Source: Promethearchaeota archaeon (GTDB lineage: Archaea; Asgardarchaeota; Lokiarchaeia; Sigyniarchaeales; SOKP01). Taken from it: DNA of 34,158 nucleotides. The notes under the pieces are model-generated. The model saw only the letters and a list, made by a program, of their open reading frames with translations, did no database searches and was not told where the DNA came from. The position numbers and the translations under genes are program-made. This document shows, piece after piece, positions 9,169 through 18,191 of the stretch; the stretch's first letter is position 1, and each line of letters opens with the position of its first letter. Location: contig SHMW01000045.1 in NCBI GenBank assembly GCA_008080735.1, positions 1 through 34,158 on the forward strand, given 5' to 3'.

Positions 9169-11085
9169 TTATATTCCTAGATTCTTGCGCTTCTGTTCTA
9201 TATGGTTGAGAATATTTTTCACTGCTTCCTTGGTTTCGGTCTCCACGTGTAATTGCGCACCAGTGATCGTTTTAAGATCCTCAGTTAATAACTTCATTAA
9301 ATCAGGTCCACCCGTCATTGTCGGAACTGGATTCACATACGTATACAGTCCGAGGGCCAAAGCGAAGACAGCATCGATAGTGGCTTTTTGTTCCATGTAT
9401 TCGGGAGCTGCTGCAGCAACCGGTAGATCCGAGATAGGAACATCTCCTAATGCATGAGCGATTGCTCCGAGTAAATCCGCTAATCGTCCAGTATCTGTAC
9501 AGGTTCCAAAACTTAAAACGGGAGGTATATTCAATTTTTCGCATACCGACTGAAGACCCGATCCCGCGAGATCTTTCGCTTCAAGGTTGGTTAAGCCTGC
9601 TACTTGGACTGCCCCATTTCCGCATCCCATAGATAGCACTAAGATATCATTTTTGATCAATTCTTTGGTGATATCAACCGTATGTACATCTTGTCCATAA
9701 TCACGCAGGGAAGTGCACGACACCATTCCGACAACACCTCTAACTGCACCCTCTTTGATGACGTCCAGTAAAGGATCCAATGATCCTCCCAGAGCATCGA
9801 GGATCGACTCTGTAGAAAATCCTACAATCGTCTCGTTCAAATCAAATCCAGTGAGGGGCTCAATAGTATCTCTCCGCTGTCTAAAGTTGCTAATAGCCAT
9901 GTCGATTAATTTCGCGGCTTGAGTTTCCGCCTTTTCTGGAACATAATTCTCTCGCTCCTCAATCCCTTCAAAGGCAACAACTTCACTCACGGGTATCAAT
10001 TTGAATTTGTATTTCTCTGCATATAACGGGTCGACGGGCATCGAACAATTCATATCTGCGACAAACACGTCAATACAACCACTACCTAAAATCGCCTCTT
10101 GCATTATCCAATTTCCTGTAAATCCATAGAATACATCGTCCATCTCCCATCTCTGGATCATCTCTTGACCCGTTTCAATGTTGGCGATTATACGCAAACC
10201 CTTGGCTCCAACTTCTGTTGCCTTTTCCTGCCATTCTGGTTGCCGTGCTAACTGAACTAATGCAAATCCCAAGAATGGTTCGTGACCATTGGGTAAAATA
10301 TTTACATAATCGGGATCCAATACTCCCAAATTGACACGCATTGTATGGGGTTTTGGTACCCCATATAATATATCTTGACAGAACTCATTTATAATCTGAC
10401 TCTGGTATGCCATCGCAATCCCAAGACGCATCGCCTTCAGAGCAAGGCTTTTATAATAGCCGTCCACATTCGTCAAACAAGAACTTGTGGATAACATCAT
10501 CTCTCCAAATATTCCACCGGGAAATATGCCTAGCTTTTTCCATAGGTTCTGTCTTTCTTTTGGAGCTAATGCTTCTACAATTTTACTCGGCTCATCATAT
10601 TTTCTATTGAAATCTCGTTCGACATATTCACATAACTTAATCGCCGTCTCTTCCACGGAACCCATGCCATTAATCCCCAATCTATCCGCGAATGATTTGA
10701 GCTTTTCAGGTGAGCTGATTTGGTACGGTGTTGTGCCAATTGCCGTGGCTCGAAGAGTTTTTATGGTTTGCTCCGTGTGATACTGATACGTTGAGGCGCC
10801 CATCACGTTTCTTAACAGCATTTTCCGCATCGCCATCCCATCCGCAGTTATTCCGCACACACCGCGCTTATCAATCGATGCATCCGCTCGGCACGGACCG
10901 TTCGAACAAAAATCACATCTCGCACCTTTTAAACAAAACGGGCATCGCTTGTCGGGATCTCCGCCAAATCCTTGCGCCTCAAACCGATCCCAAATATTAT
11001 TCATCCCATCGCGCTTTATTCGTTCATAGCCTTTTCTTACACTCTCATGATACGAAATTCGTTCTCCTTCCATACTTATGATCAC
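9169..11085 (-). CDS. cooS: CooS-family (CODH/prismane) protein with atypical C-cluster (CooS-V-like)
   Basis: CxxC D-cluster; CxxCxxGPC...C B-cluster; NGHEP, DMNC, SCT, GCG, GTCTD and EQKA motifs. NIETGQE replaces canonical CCTGNE. Confidence 0.92.
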   Translation of the reverse strand: MIISMEGERISYHESVRKGYERIKRDGMNNIWDRFEAQGFGGDPDKRCPFCLKGARCDFCSNGPCRADASIDKRGVCGITADGMAMRKMLLRNVMGASTYQYHTEQTIKTLRATAIGTTPYQISSPEKLKSFADRLGINGMGSVEETAIKLCEYVERDFNRKYDEPSKIVEALAPKERQNLWKKLGIFPGGIFGEMMLSTSSCLTNVDGYYKSLALKAMRLGIAMAYQSQIINEFCQDILYGVPKPHTMRVNLGVLDPDYVNILPNGHEPFLGFALVQLARQPEWQEKATEVGAKGLRIIANIETGQEMIQRWEMDDVFYGFTGNWIMQEAILGSGCIDVFVADMNCSMPVDPLYAEKYKFKLIPVSEVVAFEGIEERENYVPEKAETQAAKLIDMAISNFRQRRDTIEPLTGFDLNETIVGFSTESILDALGGSLDPLLDVIKEGAVRGVVGMVSCTSLRDYGQDVHTVDITKELIKNDILVLSMGCGNGAVQVAGLTNLEAKDLAGSGLQSVCEKLNIPPVLSFGTCTDTGRLADLLGAIAHALGDVPISDLPVAAAAPEYMEQKATIDAVFALALGLYTYVNPVPTMTGGPDLMKLLTEDLKTITGAQLHVETETKEAVKNILNHIEQKRKNLGI

Positions 11086-11177
11086 ATCCTTTTTACTATT
11101 TTTAAATTGAATCTATTTAGGTTATTAATCTCGAACTTGCACAACTTAGTAAGCCATATATAATTATAATAATTCAG

Positions 11178-11191
11178 CCGAACATGTTCAA
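11178..11191. promoter_or_regulatory. Putative operator CCGAACATGTTCAA upstream of cooS
   Basis: Identical to 8537..8550 and adjacent to a TATA-like tract at about 11156..11170. A weaker copy (10/14) lies at 11131..11144. Confidence 0.7.
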
Positions 11192-11418
11192 AACTGGCAA
11201 TAATTCATCGAAAAAGTACAGATTTTCATAAAAAAATTTAAGATTCTTTCTTATTCTTTATTTTAATTTTATACATCACGAGGGATATTTCATTTCTAAT
11301 AACCAATGATAAATTTTCTATTAGGTACGATTTAATGATTTTACGTCCTTCAATAAATTGAATATCTTATAGACTTGCCGTCTCACATATAAACTATCTT
11401 CTTGTAAATCCTTCGTGG

Positions 11419-11536
11419 ATTAACTATAGCCACGAGCACGGGCTCATCGATATGAACATTTGAGTGAGCGCGAGAGAGACCTTATTGAAATGGAGTTAAG
11501 AACAGAAGAACTCTTTGAGGATTCGAGAATCTTTAA
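11419..11536 (+). pseudogene. Frameshifted 3' remnant of a paralog of 12973..13530
   Basis: Restoring one missing G at about 11454 gives HEHGLIDM(E)HLSERERDLIEMELRTEELFED, versus YEHGLIDMERINKQERERIEMELSLPEIFED in the intact gene. Confidence 0.85.
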
Positions 11537-12178
11537 TCAAGTTTTGAGGGTGATGCCAAATGTATCAAGATAGCGCGAAACATTCAGTCGGCTCGCTGTT
11601 GGCTCCTCATCGTCCTCCAATTTCGATAGCGTTCGCTTATGGTCCAACAATAAAAATGGCTGCTCCGAGATAATTGTAGTGAGCACGTTCCTATCACTTA
11701 TTTTATTAATATCTTGGAGCGCGTCAATACAATCCGATAGAGACTCCATAGAAAACTTCTCTCCTTGCTTTGATAAATGCGAAAGAAAAAATAAGATGGT
11801 CTCACGGATATCTTTCGATGTGGTGTCTGCTAAGGTTTTGGTCAACGCTTCTATATGTCTCGGGCTATAATACGAATATCTTATGGTATAATATCCGATC
11901 GTGATGATGGTGTTGATAATGATCTTTTGGTTTGGGGAGTGTAATAATGGAATAAGTTCGTCCAAGTCAAGCTCAGAAAGATAATAAGGAAAATGTTCGG
12001 CGATGATGCTGAGCAGATATGTCGCTTTTGTGAGATGCTTCTCTCTCTCCACATATTCCATCAATGTGTGCTTAAATTCTAACGCATCGGGATTCTTGCC
12101 ATCCTCAAGATATTTTTGTAGCGATCTTGCGATTTTTTTCAGGTGGGGATCATCGTCAAACTGATCGAGATCAATCAT
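11537..12178 (-). CDS. HEAT/ARM-repeat-like helical protein
   Basis: HEAT-like units LIPLLHSPNQKIIINTIITIG and LTKTLADTTSKDIRETILFFL. Confidence 0.7.
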   Translation of the reverse strand: MIDLDQFDDDPHLKKIARSLQKYLEDGKNPDALEFKHTLMEYVEREKHLTKATYLLSIIAEHFPYYLSELDLDELIPLLHSPNQKIIINTIITIGYYTIRYSYYSPRHIEALTKTLADTTSKDIRETILFFLSHLSKQGEKFSMESLSDCIDALQDINKISDRNVLTTIISEQPFLLLDHKRTLSKLEDDEEPTASRLNVSRYLDTFGITLKT

Positions 12179-12220
12179 ACAAATATCTTACGCTAAGCAT
12201 ATTTAAAGGAAAAATCGAAA

Positions 12221-12268
12221 AAAGATTAAAAGTAAGAAAGATTAAAAGTGAAAAAGATTAAAATTGAG
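12221..12268. repeat. Three tandem imperfect 16-bp repeats (AAAGATTAAAAKTRAR)
   Basis: aaagattaaaagtaag / aaagattaaaagtgaa / aaagattaaaattgag. Confidence 0.8.
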
Positions 12269-12289
12269 AAAAAAAAATTGAGATTTTTT

Positions 12290-12490
12290 TTATTTTTTAA
12301 GCTTCTCGAAAATGTGATGTGCTATTTCTATCTCGCGGTCCTTGTCGATCTCGGGTACAAAGGAAAATAAGTCTTCATAGTGCGGGGATTCTATTTGTTT
12401 TAGTGCCCGTTTAAGATCAGAAAATACACTCTTATTCGCATAGTCATTGGATGTAAGATTTTTTACCAAATCCTTTAGTGCCTTTTTCAG
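12290..12490 (-). pseudogene. Orphan C-terminal fragment of a helical protein
   Basis: LKKALKDLVKNL...IAHHIFEKLKK* is protein-like. The N-terminal Ser-rich part of ORF 12290..12601 looks like antisense of the nuclease fragment. Confidence 0.5.
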
Positions 12491-12932
12491 GGTAGAGATC
12501 GATGGTGTAGAGTATGAATTCGGCTTCGAATCCGACGGAAGACAGCATGCAAATATCGATGAAGGGTTCGAATCATGGCTCGGGCTCTCAAAAGAGATCA
12601 ATAAGCTGGAGAAAATAACTGATAAGGCAAAACGTGATGAACTTAGAGAAAGACTTGAAGAGAGATGGCAAAAATATGTGATTGAAAAGGATGATTTTAA
12701 AGACGATCTGTTTAACCATAAAGATCATAAGGATAAATTCCTCATTCGGGTGCCTACGTGGTCGGATGAGGCAAGCTGGGAGAGACGCGTAGAGTTCATC
12801 ATTAATTATCTCAAGACCAAGTGCGGATTTGATCTAGGCGTCCACGCGAGCATGTTTGACGGGATCGACGAGGACATTTGGGAAACCATGTTTGACGACC
12901 TAAAAGACCCGAAGGATTCTGAAAAGCCGTAG
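12489..12932 (+). pseudogene. 5'-truncated Vsr/DUF559-like PD-(D/E)XK endonuclease domain
   Basis: FESDGRQH...KDDFKD...LIRVP matches the E-x-DG-xx-H...D..K...LIRIP pattern. There is no credible start: an in-frame TAG at 12441 precedes a weak TTG. Confidence 0.65.
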
Positions 12933-12972
12933 TCCCTATACATTTAAATATACAATTTTCTTTACAAATACT

Positions 12973-13530
12973 ATGTTGATGCGAAGTTTTTATGTGTTTT
13001 TTCGGCGGTTGCCCGACTTGCTGGTGGCAAGAAAATTTAAGCCGAAAGGTTTGGAAGGAAAAGATCATTTTGCTATATATGCTGACCATACCTTCATCCT
13101 ATGGAAGAAGATTGAGTGCAAGGATACACCGATCGAAGCTTCGAAAGAAAAGCCATTATTTGGAGCATCTGTAGGTCTTTCGATTGATAAAGATATAGAG
13201 GAGCGAGAAGCGGAACAAACCAAGCAAAAGTACCACCGTATGATGGGTGAATTCAGGCAGCAACCGTTCTTTACATCGGGTATTCTCTGTAAACAGCGCA
13301 ATATTGCTAAAAAATGGGAATATCGTATCGAAGGCGGGGCATTAATCCTCAAAGACGCGCAATATTTTCCCAGTATCACTTCGATGACCCACTATTGCTA
13401 TGAGCACGGACTCATCGATATGGAACGCATCAACAAGCAGGAACGAGAACGTATTGAAATGGAGTTAAGTCTGCCCGAGATTTTTGAAGATGATTTCTCC
13501 AAGGCAAAAATAATTGAAAAGTTCGACTAA
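12973..13530 (+). CDS. Hypothetical protein (candidate immunity protein)
   Basis: Intact ATG-start ORF directly after the nuclease fragment. The paralog remnant at 11419 supports it being a real gene. Function is inferred only. Confidence 0.7.
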   Translation: MLMRSFYVFFRRLPDLLVARKFKPKGLEGKDHFAIYADHTFILWKKIECKDTPIEASKEKPLFGASVGLSIDKDIEEREAEQTKQKYHRMMGEFRQQPFFTSGILCKQRNIAKKWEYRIEGGALILKDAQYFPSITSMTHYCYEHGLIDMERINKQERERIEMELSLPEIFEDDFSKAKIIEKFD

Positions 13531-13724
13531 ACTAAATTCACAAGACACCTCTTTTTTAAAAATCCCACACCTTATACAAAAAAGTTTTTTAGGCAAATTT
13601 TTTTTATTTTAAATGTTCTCTTTTAATAAATTAAAAATCGTTAAGTCGATCCCATTAACTTTTAACATCGGTTCATACAGAATATTTCTTAAACATTAAA
13701 AATAAGTTTATTAACTCCTAATGG

Positions 13725-14315
13725 TTGTTTATAATGGATATGAGTAAAAAAAAAAAGTTTAATGAGCTGCTCGGAATTGATGATGATGACAAAAAGATCA
13801 TCGAAATGATTGAAGAGAATCCAGATATTACACATAGTGATATTGCTAAGGAAATAGAAAAGAGCCAACCCGCAGTAGGTGCGCGCATTATCAAATTAGA
13901 ACGAAAGCATCTCCTAACTAAACAAGTTGGGTTCAATATTAAGAAGGTTGATATTAAAACCGCGATCGTGTTTATCTCTACCAAAGATGTCGATGATATT
14001 GTAGAGAAAATACAAGGGTGTCCATTCATCAACCATGCATTTAAGATATCTGGAGATTATAATGTGCTCTGTTTTATCGCAGCCGCCGACCTACAGACTA
14101 TTGAGCGGTTAGTAGATTTATGCTTCCGACGGGATCCGAATGTTCTTTCCGTCAAAACCAATATTCTGATTGACAGTATTCACGACTTCGTTGTGCCGAT
14201 AGATTTTCAAATTGAGGATTTTGATGGACGATACTGTGGCCCCGACTGTCATCTTAAAACAGATATGCCGAAATTCAAATTCGAACAAGAAGAAGCAGAA
14301 GAACCAGAAGCTTAA
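13725..14315 (+). CDS. Lrp/AsnC family regulator with Cys-containing tail (paralog 1)
   Basis: IDDDDKKII..SQPAVGARIIKLE HTH; CPF, ISGDYN, CGPDC. The real start is probably the ATG at 13734 or 13740. Confidence 0.92.
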   Translation: MFIMDMSKKKKFNELLGIDDDDKKIIEMIEENPDITHSDIAKEIEKSQPAVGARIIKLERKHLLTKQVGFNIKKVDIKTAIVFISTKDVDDIVEKIQGCPFINHAFKISGDYNVLCFIAAADLQTIERLVDLCFRRDPNVLSVKTNILIDSIHDFVVPIDFQIEDFDGRYCGPDCHLKTDMPKFKFEQEEAEEPEA

Positions 14316-14479
14316 CACATATTTTCTATTTTTATTAGGCTCTACGAACTTACGAATATTTTTTCGAATTTTCACACTTTTTTCAATAAATCTATAGGTA
14401 GTTTTAAATATCTGGGTTCTATAATTTTTCATATTAGTTCAAATAATATACAAACATTTTACCTCTTTTTTAACTACCC

Positions 14480-15268
14480 ATGACCACTACTATATATTAT
14501 TTTACGGGTACGGGCAATTCTCTGAGTATTGCGAGAGGGATTGCGGCAGAGCTGGATGAGAGTGAACTTATTTTTATGCCAAACCTCTGGAAGGATGAGA
14601 AAATTGTGGCGACGAGCGAACGAGTGGGTTTTATTTTTCCAATGTATTATTTCGGTTTGCCGCAAATCGTTTATGAATTCCTAGAAAAGATCCATCTTGA
14701 TACAGCTCAGTATTTATTTGCGGGAGTCGATAGGGACGGAACTATGGACGGTGTTGCGTTTGTGCAGATTGAACAATTATTTTCTGAGAAGGGAAAGCAA
14801 CTGAATGCGGGGTGGTTTCTTCAAATGCCGAATAATGACATCCCAGTCGATGATCTTAACTCAAAAGAAGAAATAAAAGAAAAATTAAGGCAGATCAAAC
14901 CTCAGATCGAGGAGATTGCAGAATATATAAGAGAAAAGAAAAACCATCCGCCGCCACTTCCTAAAAAAAGAATTAAATCGGTAGAGAAAACCAATACAAT
15001 CTTTCGCAAGGGCGTGTTTACAATGGATCAGAATTATTATGCCGATGAGAACTGTAGCTCCTGTGGAATATGCGCGCAAGTATGCCCTGTGGAAAATATC
15101 ATAATGGAAAATACCAAACCACTTTGGAACAATCAATGCCAGATGTGTGTGGCGTGTATTAATTTTTGCCCCGAAGAGGCTATCCAGTATGCTGACAAAA
15201 CTCAAGAGAGAGGGAGATACCATCATCCTGAGATTACGGTTCAAGAGATTATTGACCAAAAACATTGA
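14480..15268 (+). CDS. Flavodoxin-ferredoxin fusion (EFR1 family)
   Basis: YFTGTGNS FMN loop, two CxxCxxCxxxCP motifs and a C-terminal RYHHP. Confidence 0.9.
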   Translation: MTTTIYYFTGTGNSLSIARGIAAELDESELIFMPNLWKDEKIVATSERVGFIFPMYYFGLPQIVYEFLEKIHLDTAQYLFAGVDRDGTMDGVAFVQIEQLFSEKGKQLNAGWFLQMPNNDIPVDDLNSKEEIKEKLRQIKPQIEEIAEYIREKKNHPPPLPKKRIKSVEKTNTIFRKGVFTMDQNYYADENCSSCGICAQVCPVENIIMENTKPLWNNQCQMCVACINFCPEEAIQYADKTQERGRYHHPEITVQEIIDQKH

Positions 15269-15435
15269 AACTCCCTTTTTTAAGAAAAACTCGATTATAC
15301 ACCTATTTTTAAATATCCCATAAAAACTATTAATATCAGAATTTAGATCGGTAATAATGATGGGATTTGTTAAACTATCAGAAGAATTGAAATGGGATAA
15401 AAAACCCTTTCATATGTCTATTGATACTATAAGTT

Positions 15436-17289
15436 CTAATCATCTTCCTTGTTTTTTTCAATAAATCGATAATCAATATAGAGCCACAAATATCCGAATA
15501 TCGCAGCAAGGATCGAGGAAATAAGAATTCCCAGTTTTGATTGAATGATAAAAAATTCCTCATAATAGGCCAGTTCGGTCACAAATATCGCACTTGTAAA
15601 TCCTATTCCTCCCAAAATGGCTGCGCCAAACAATTCTCGGAAGTTCATATTTTCAGGGAGTTCACATAATTTTGATATACAGCAACCAATATAAGAAAAT
15701 AGAGAGATGCCAATTATTTTTCCAAAAATCCCGACAATGATCCCTATCGGGATTGGTTGAAAAACGTTTTGAAGTAGATTGGTATTAATTAGTACGATTC
15801 CCGAATTTGCGAGAGCAAAGATCGGCAGAACCAAAAAATGGACTTGTTCGTTCAGTGTTTCTTCCAGTTTAGATAAAGTTGGTGTTGCTTCTCTTGCTAC
15901 TCGTTGTAGGGTAAATAAAGCTTTATCCACCTCTTCGGTTGTATTTGAAGTATCTGTTTCAGTTGCATGTTTATACTCTTCTAGGGTTTCCCAGCTAGTT
16001 TGGATAAAGCCAGATGGGTCTATTTTTGGTTTTAATGGAATAGTAAACGCTAAAAGTACCCCTGCTAAGACGGGGCTTATGCCAGAGTATAAGAAAGCAA
16101 TCCATGCACCGACTCCGATAAGAGTATATATTTCGCTCCGTTGAATTTTCAGCGAATTGAAAAAAAATGCAAGAAGAATCCATCCTATTCCAATTAGAAC
16201 AGCTAACCAATTAATTCCTTCTGCATAAAAAACAGCTATTACCAAAATACCTCCTATCGCATCTGCTACAGCATAGCTCATAAGAAAAATACGCGATGAA
16301 TCCTTCACTTTAGATCCTAAAAGCAATAAAACCGTCAATGCAAGTGCCACATCTGTCGTAATTGGAATAGCCCAACCTCTTATTGTACCCGATTGAAGAT
16401 TAAATAAAATGAATATAATGCCAGGAAAAATCATCCCTCCTACTGCAGCCATTATTGGGAGACATGCTTCCTCAAATGAAGATAATATACCCTGCTTAGC
16501 TTCTCGTTTAATTTCTAATCCGATCATAAAGAAGAATAATGTCATTAGTCCTTCATTAATCCATTCTTTTAAAGAAAGAATCAGTTCAAAATCCCCAATT
16601 GCAATTCCAATGGGGTACTCCCAAAAATCCAAATAAAATGATCCAAATATATTTGCCAAAATCAGGCCTACAACAAAACTAGAAATAAGCAAGAAACCAC
16701 TGGTAGCTCGTAAAGAAATTTTTTTTTCAATAGGATCCAAGATATACTCTTCAATGGGACCTTCTTCCTCACGCTCTTCAAGTAATTTCTTTGGTTTCGG
16801 GCTCGGTTCTGCTTCCGCTTCTAATTTTAGTCTTTCAAGATCAAATGCCGTTGGATCAAAATTCTCTTCAATATACTTGTATATTTCATCTCTTATCCTC
16901 CTAAAGATAGGTTTGAGATCCTTCGCTTCATTGTTTCTTGGAGGGCGCTGAATATTGAGGTGGGTATAATTTTTTCCCTCTGGAAATGAAGGACTCGATT
17001 CTACACTATCATCATATAGCGATACTACATAGTCAAATACCTTTTCACCTAAACTTTTTGTATGGCTATCAGAATGCTGTTCTGAAATATCAATATCTAT
17101 TTCTTGCATCACGTCGATTGCTATAGGGTGAACTTCTTTAGGATCCGTTCCAGACGTAAAAATCTCGTAGTGGTCCCCATATCTTGATCTCAAAATTCCT
17201 TTTGCCATCTGTGAACGGACACTATCTGAAGGGCTTAGAAACATTACAAGCAATTTTTCATTTTCTTTCTCATCATTAGAGTTAGACAT
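15436..17289 (-). CDS. nhaA: Fusion of degenerate ArsC/LMW-PTP domain with NhaA-type Na+/H+ antiporter
   Basis: N-terminal FLSPSDSVRSQMAKG..FRRIRDEI; C-terminal WINEGLM, GLEIKRE, GWAIPITTD, PIFALANSG and GIGFT. The ATG at 17289 is preferred over the TTG at 17328. Confidence 0.88.
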   Translation of the reverse strand: MSNSNDEKENEKLLVMFLSPSDSVRSQMAKGILRSRYGDHYEIFTSGTDPKEVHPIAIDVMQEIDIDISEQHSDSHTKSLGEKVFDYVVSLYDDSVESSPSFPEGKNYTHLNIQRPPRNNEAKDLKPIFRRIRDEIYKYIEENFDPTAFDLERLKLEAEAEPSPKPKKLLEEREEEGPIEEYILDPIEKKISLRATSGFLLISSFVVGLILANIFGSFYLDFWEYPIGIAIGDFELILSLKEWINEGLMTLFFFMIGLEIKREAKQGILSSFEEACLPIMAAVGGMIFPGIIFILFNLQSGTIRGWAIPITTDVALALTVLLLLGSKVKDSSRIFLMSYAVADAIGGILVIAVFYAEGINWLAVLIGIGWILLAFFFNSLKIQRSEIYTLIGVGAWIAFLYSGISPVLAGVLLAFTIPLKPKIDPSGFIQTSWETLEEYKHATETDTSNTTEEVDKALFTLQRVAREATPTLSKLEETLNEQVHFLVLPIFALANSGIVLINTNLLQNVFQPIPIGIIVGIFGKIIGISLFSYIGCCISKLCELPENMNFRELFGAAILGGIGFTSAIFVTELAYYEEFFIIQSKLGILISSILAAIFGYLWLYIDYRFIEKNKEDD

Positions 17290-17533
17290 TTTCAATAAAG
17301 TAAGCTTAAAAGATTCTCTAAGTTGCAAGATATTGCCAGAATAATTTAAAAATTGCGTTTAAAAATCTTAAGAAACCTTTGTATAGTCTAAATTGAGTTA
17401 AGCGATTTTAGGATAAATGATAGAATTCACGCAGTCTCTCTTATATTACACATAATAAAGATTTACAATCAAGAAAGAATCACGAAAAATGAAGGAAATG
17501 AACCTTCATAATATTAATGAGAAAAAAAAAGGT

Positions 17534-18085
17534 TTATTCTTCTTTTTTTTCTGCTTCTTGTGCTTGTTTCCATTTGCAGTTCGGGCCGCAGCCTTCCTCG
17601 ATTGTTGGATTATGATTTTCGGAATCAAAATCAATCGGAAGGATTAAATCTTTGGCGATGTCCGTCACTATCTCCATTGAGACGTTTTGAACATCTTCTT
17701 GGTTGCGGAAATGAAAATTTATAATGTTATCTAACTTTTCAAGCTGGGAACTCGCTAGCATAATGCAAATGTTATGTTCTCCGCTTAATCGAAATGCATT
17801 TAACATGAAAGGACAATATCTGGCCATGTCCATGATCTCTTCTGGGTTACGGGTCTTTAATTCTACTGTCGCGAGATATAAATCAACACGTTTAAAATTG
17901 ATACCGGGCTGGAATTTTAGAATACCATTGCTTTCTAATTTCTTAATCCGCATACCTACGGTCGGTTGACTGCGATCTATTTTTTGTGCTATTTGGGTAT
18001 GTGTCATATCGGGATGCTCCTGTACAAGCGTGATGATCTTGCGGTCTATCTCGTCCAATTCTAATCGTTCACTAATCATTGTCAA
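17534..18085 (-). CDS. Lrp/AsnC family regulator with Cys tail (paralog 2)
   Basis: LDEIDRKII..SQPTVGMRIKKLE; CPF, LSGEHN, HNP..CGPNC. Confidence 0.93.
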   Translation of the reverse strand: MTMISERLELDEIDRKIITLVQEHPDMTHTQIAQKIDRSQPTVGMRIKKLESNGILKFQPGINFKRVDLYLATVELKTRNPEEIMDMARYCPFMLNAFRLSGEHNICIMLASSQLEKLDNIINFHFRNQEDVQNVSMEIVTDIAKDLILPIDFDSENHNPTIEEGCGPNCKWKQAQEAEKKEE

Positions 18086-18191
18086 TTTTTTGGGGTAAAA
18101 ATTTGTTATTAATTTATTAAATATTACATATCATTTATATTTTATAAGTCTTCAAAAATTCTAAACTCATCATATAGTCAAGATAGGCAGT

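Noticed and set aside
11321-11419. Start-less minus-strand frame STKDLQEDSLYVRRQVYKIF... resembling a HEAT unit
   Set aside because: Only 32 aa, and the same DNA shows patchy plus-strand similarity to gene 12973..13530 (GAATATCTTATAGA vs GAATATCGTATCGA). It cannot be resolved by eye.
12290-12601. ORF 12290..12601 as an intact 103-aa gene
   Set aside because: The N-terminal third is antisense to the nuclease motif region and Ser-rich; only the C-terminal part looks genuine.
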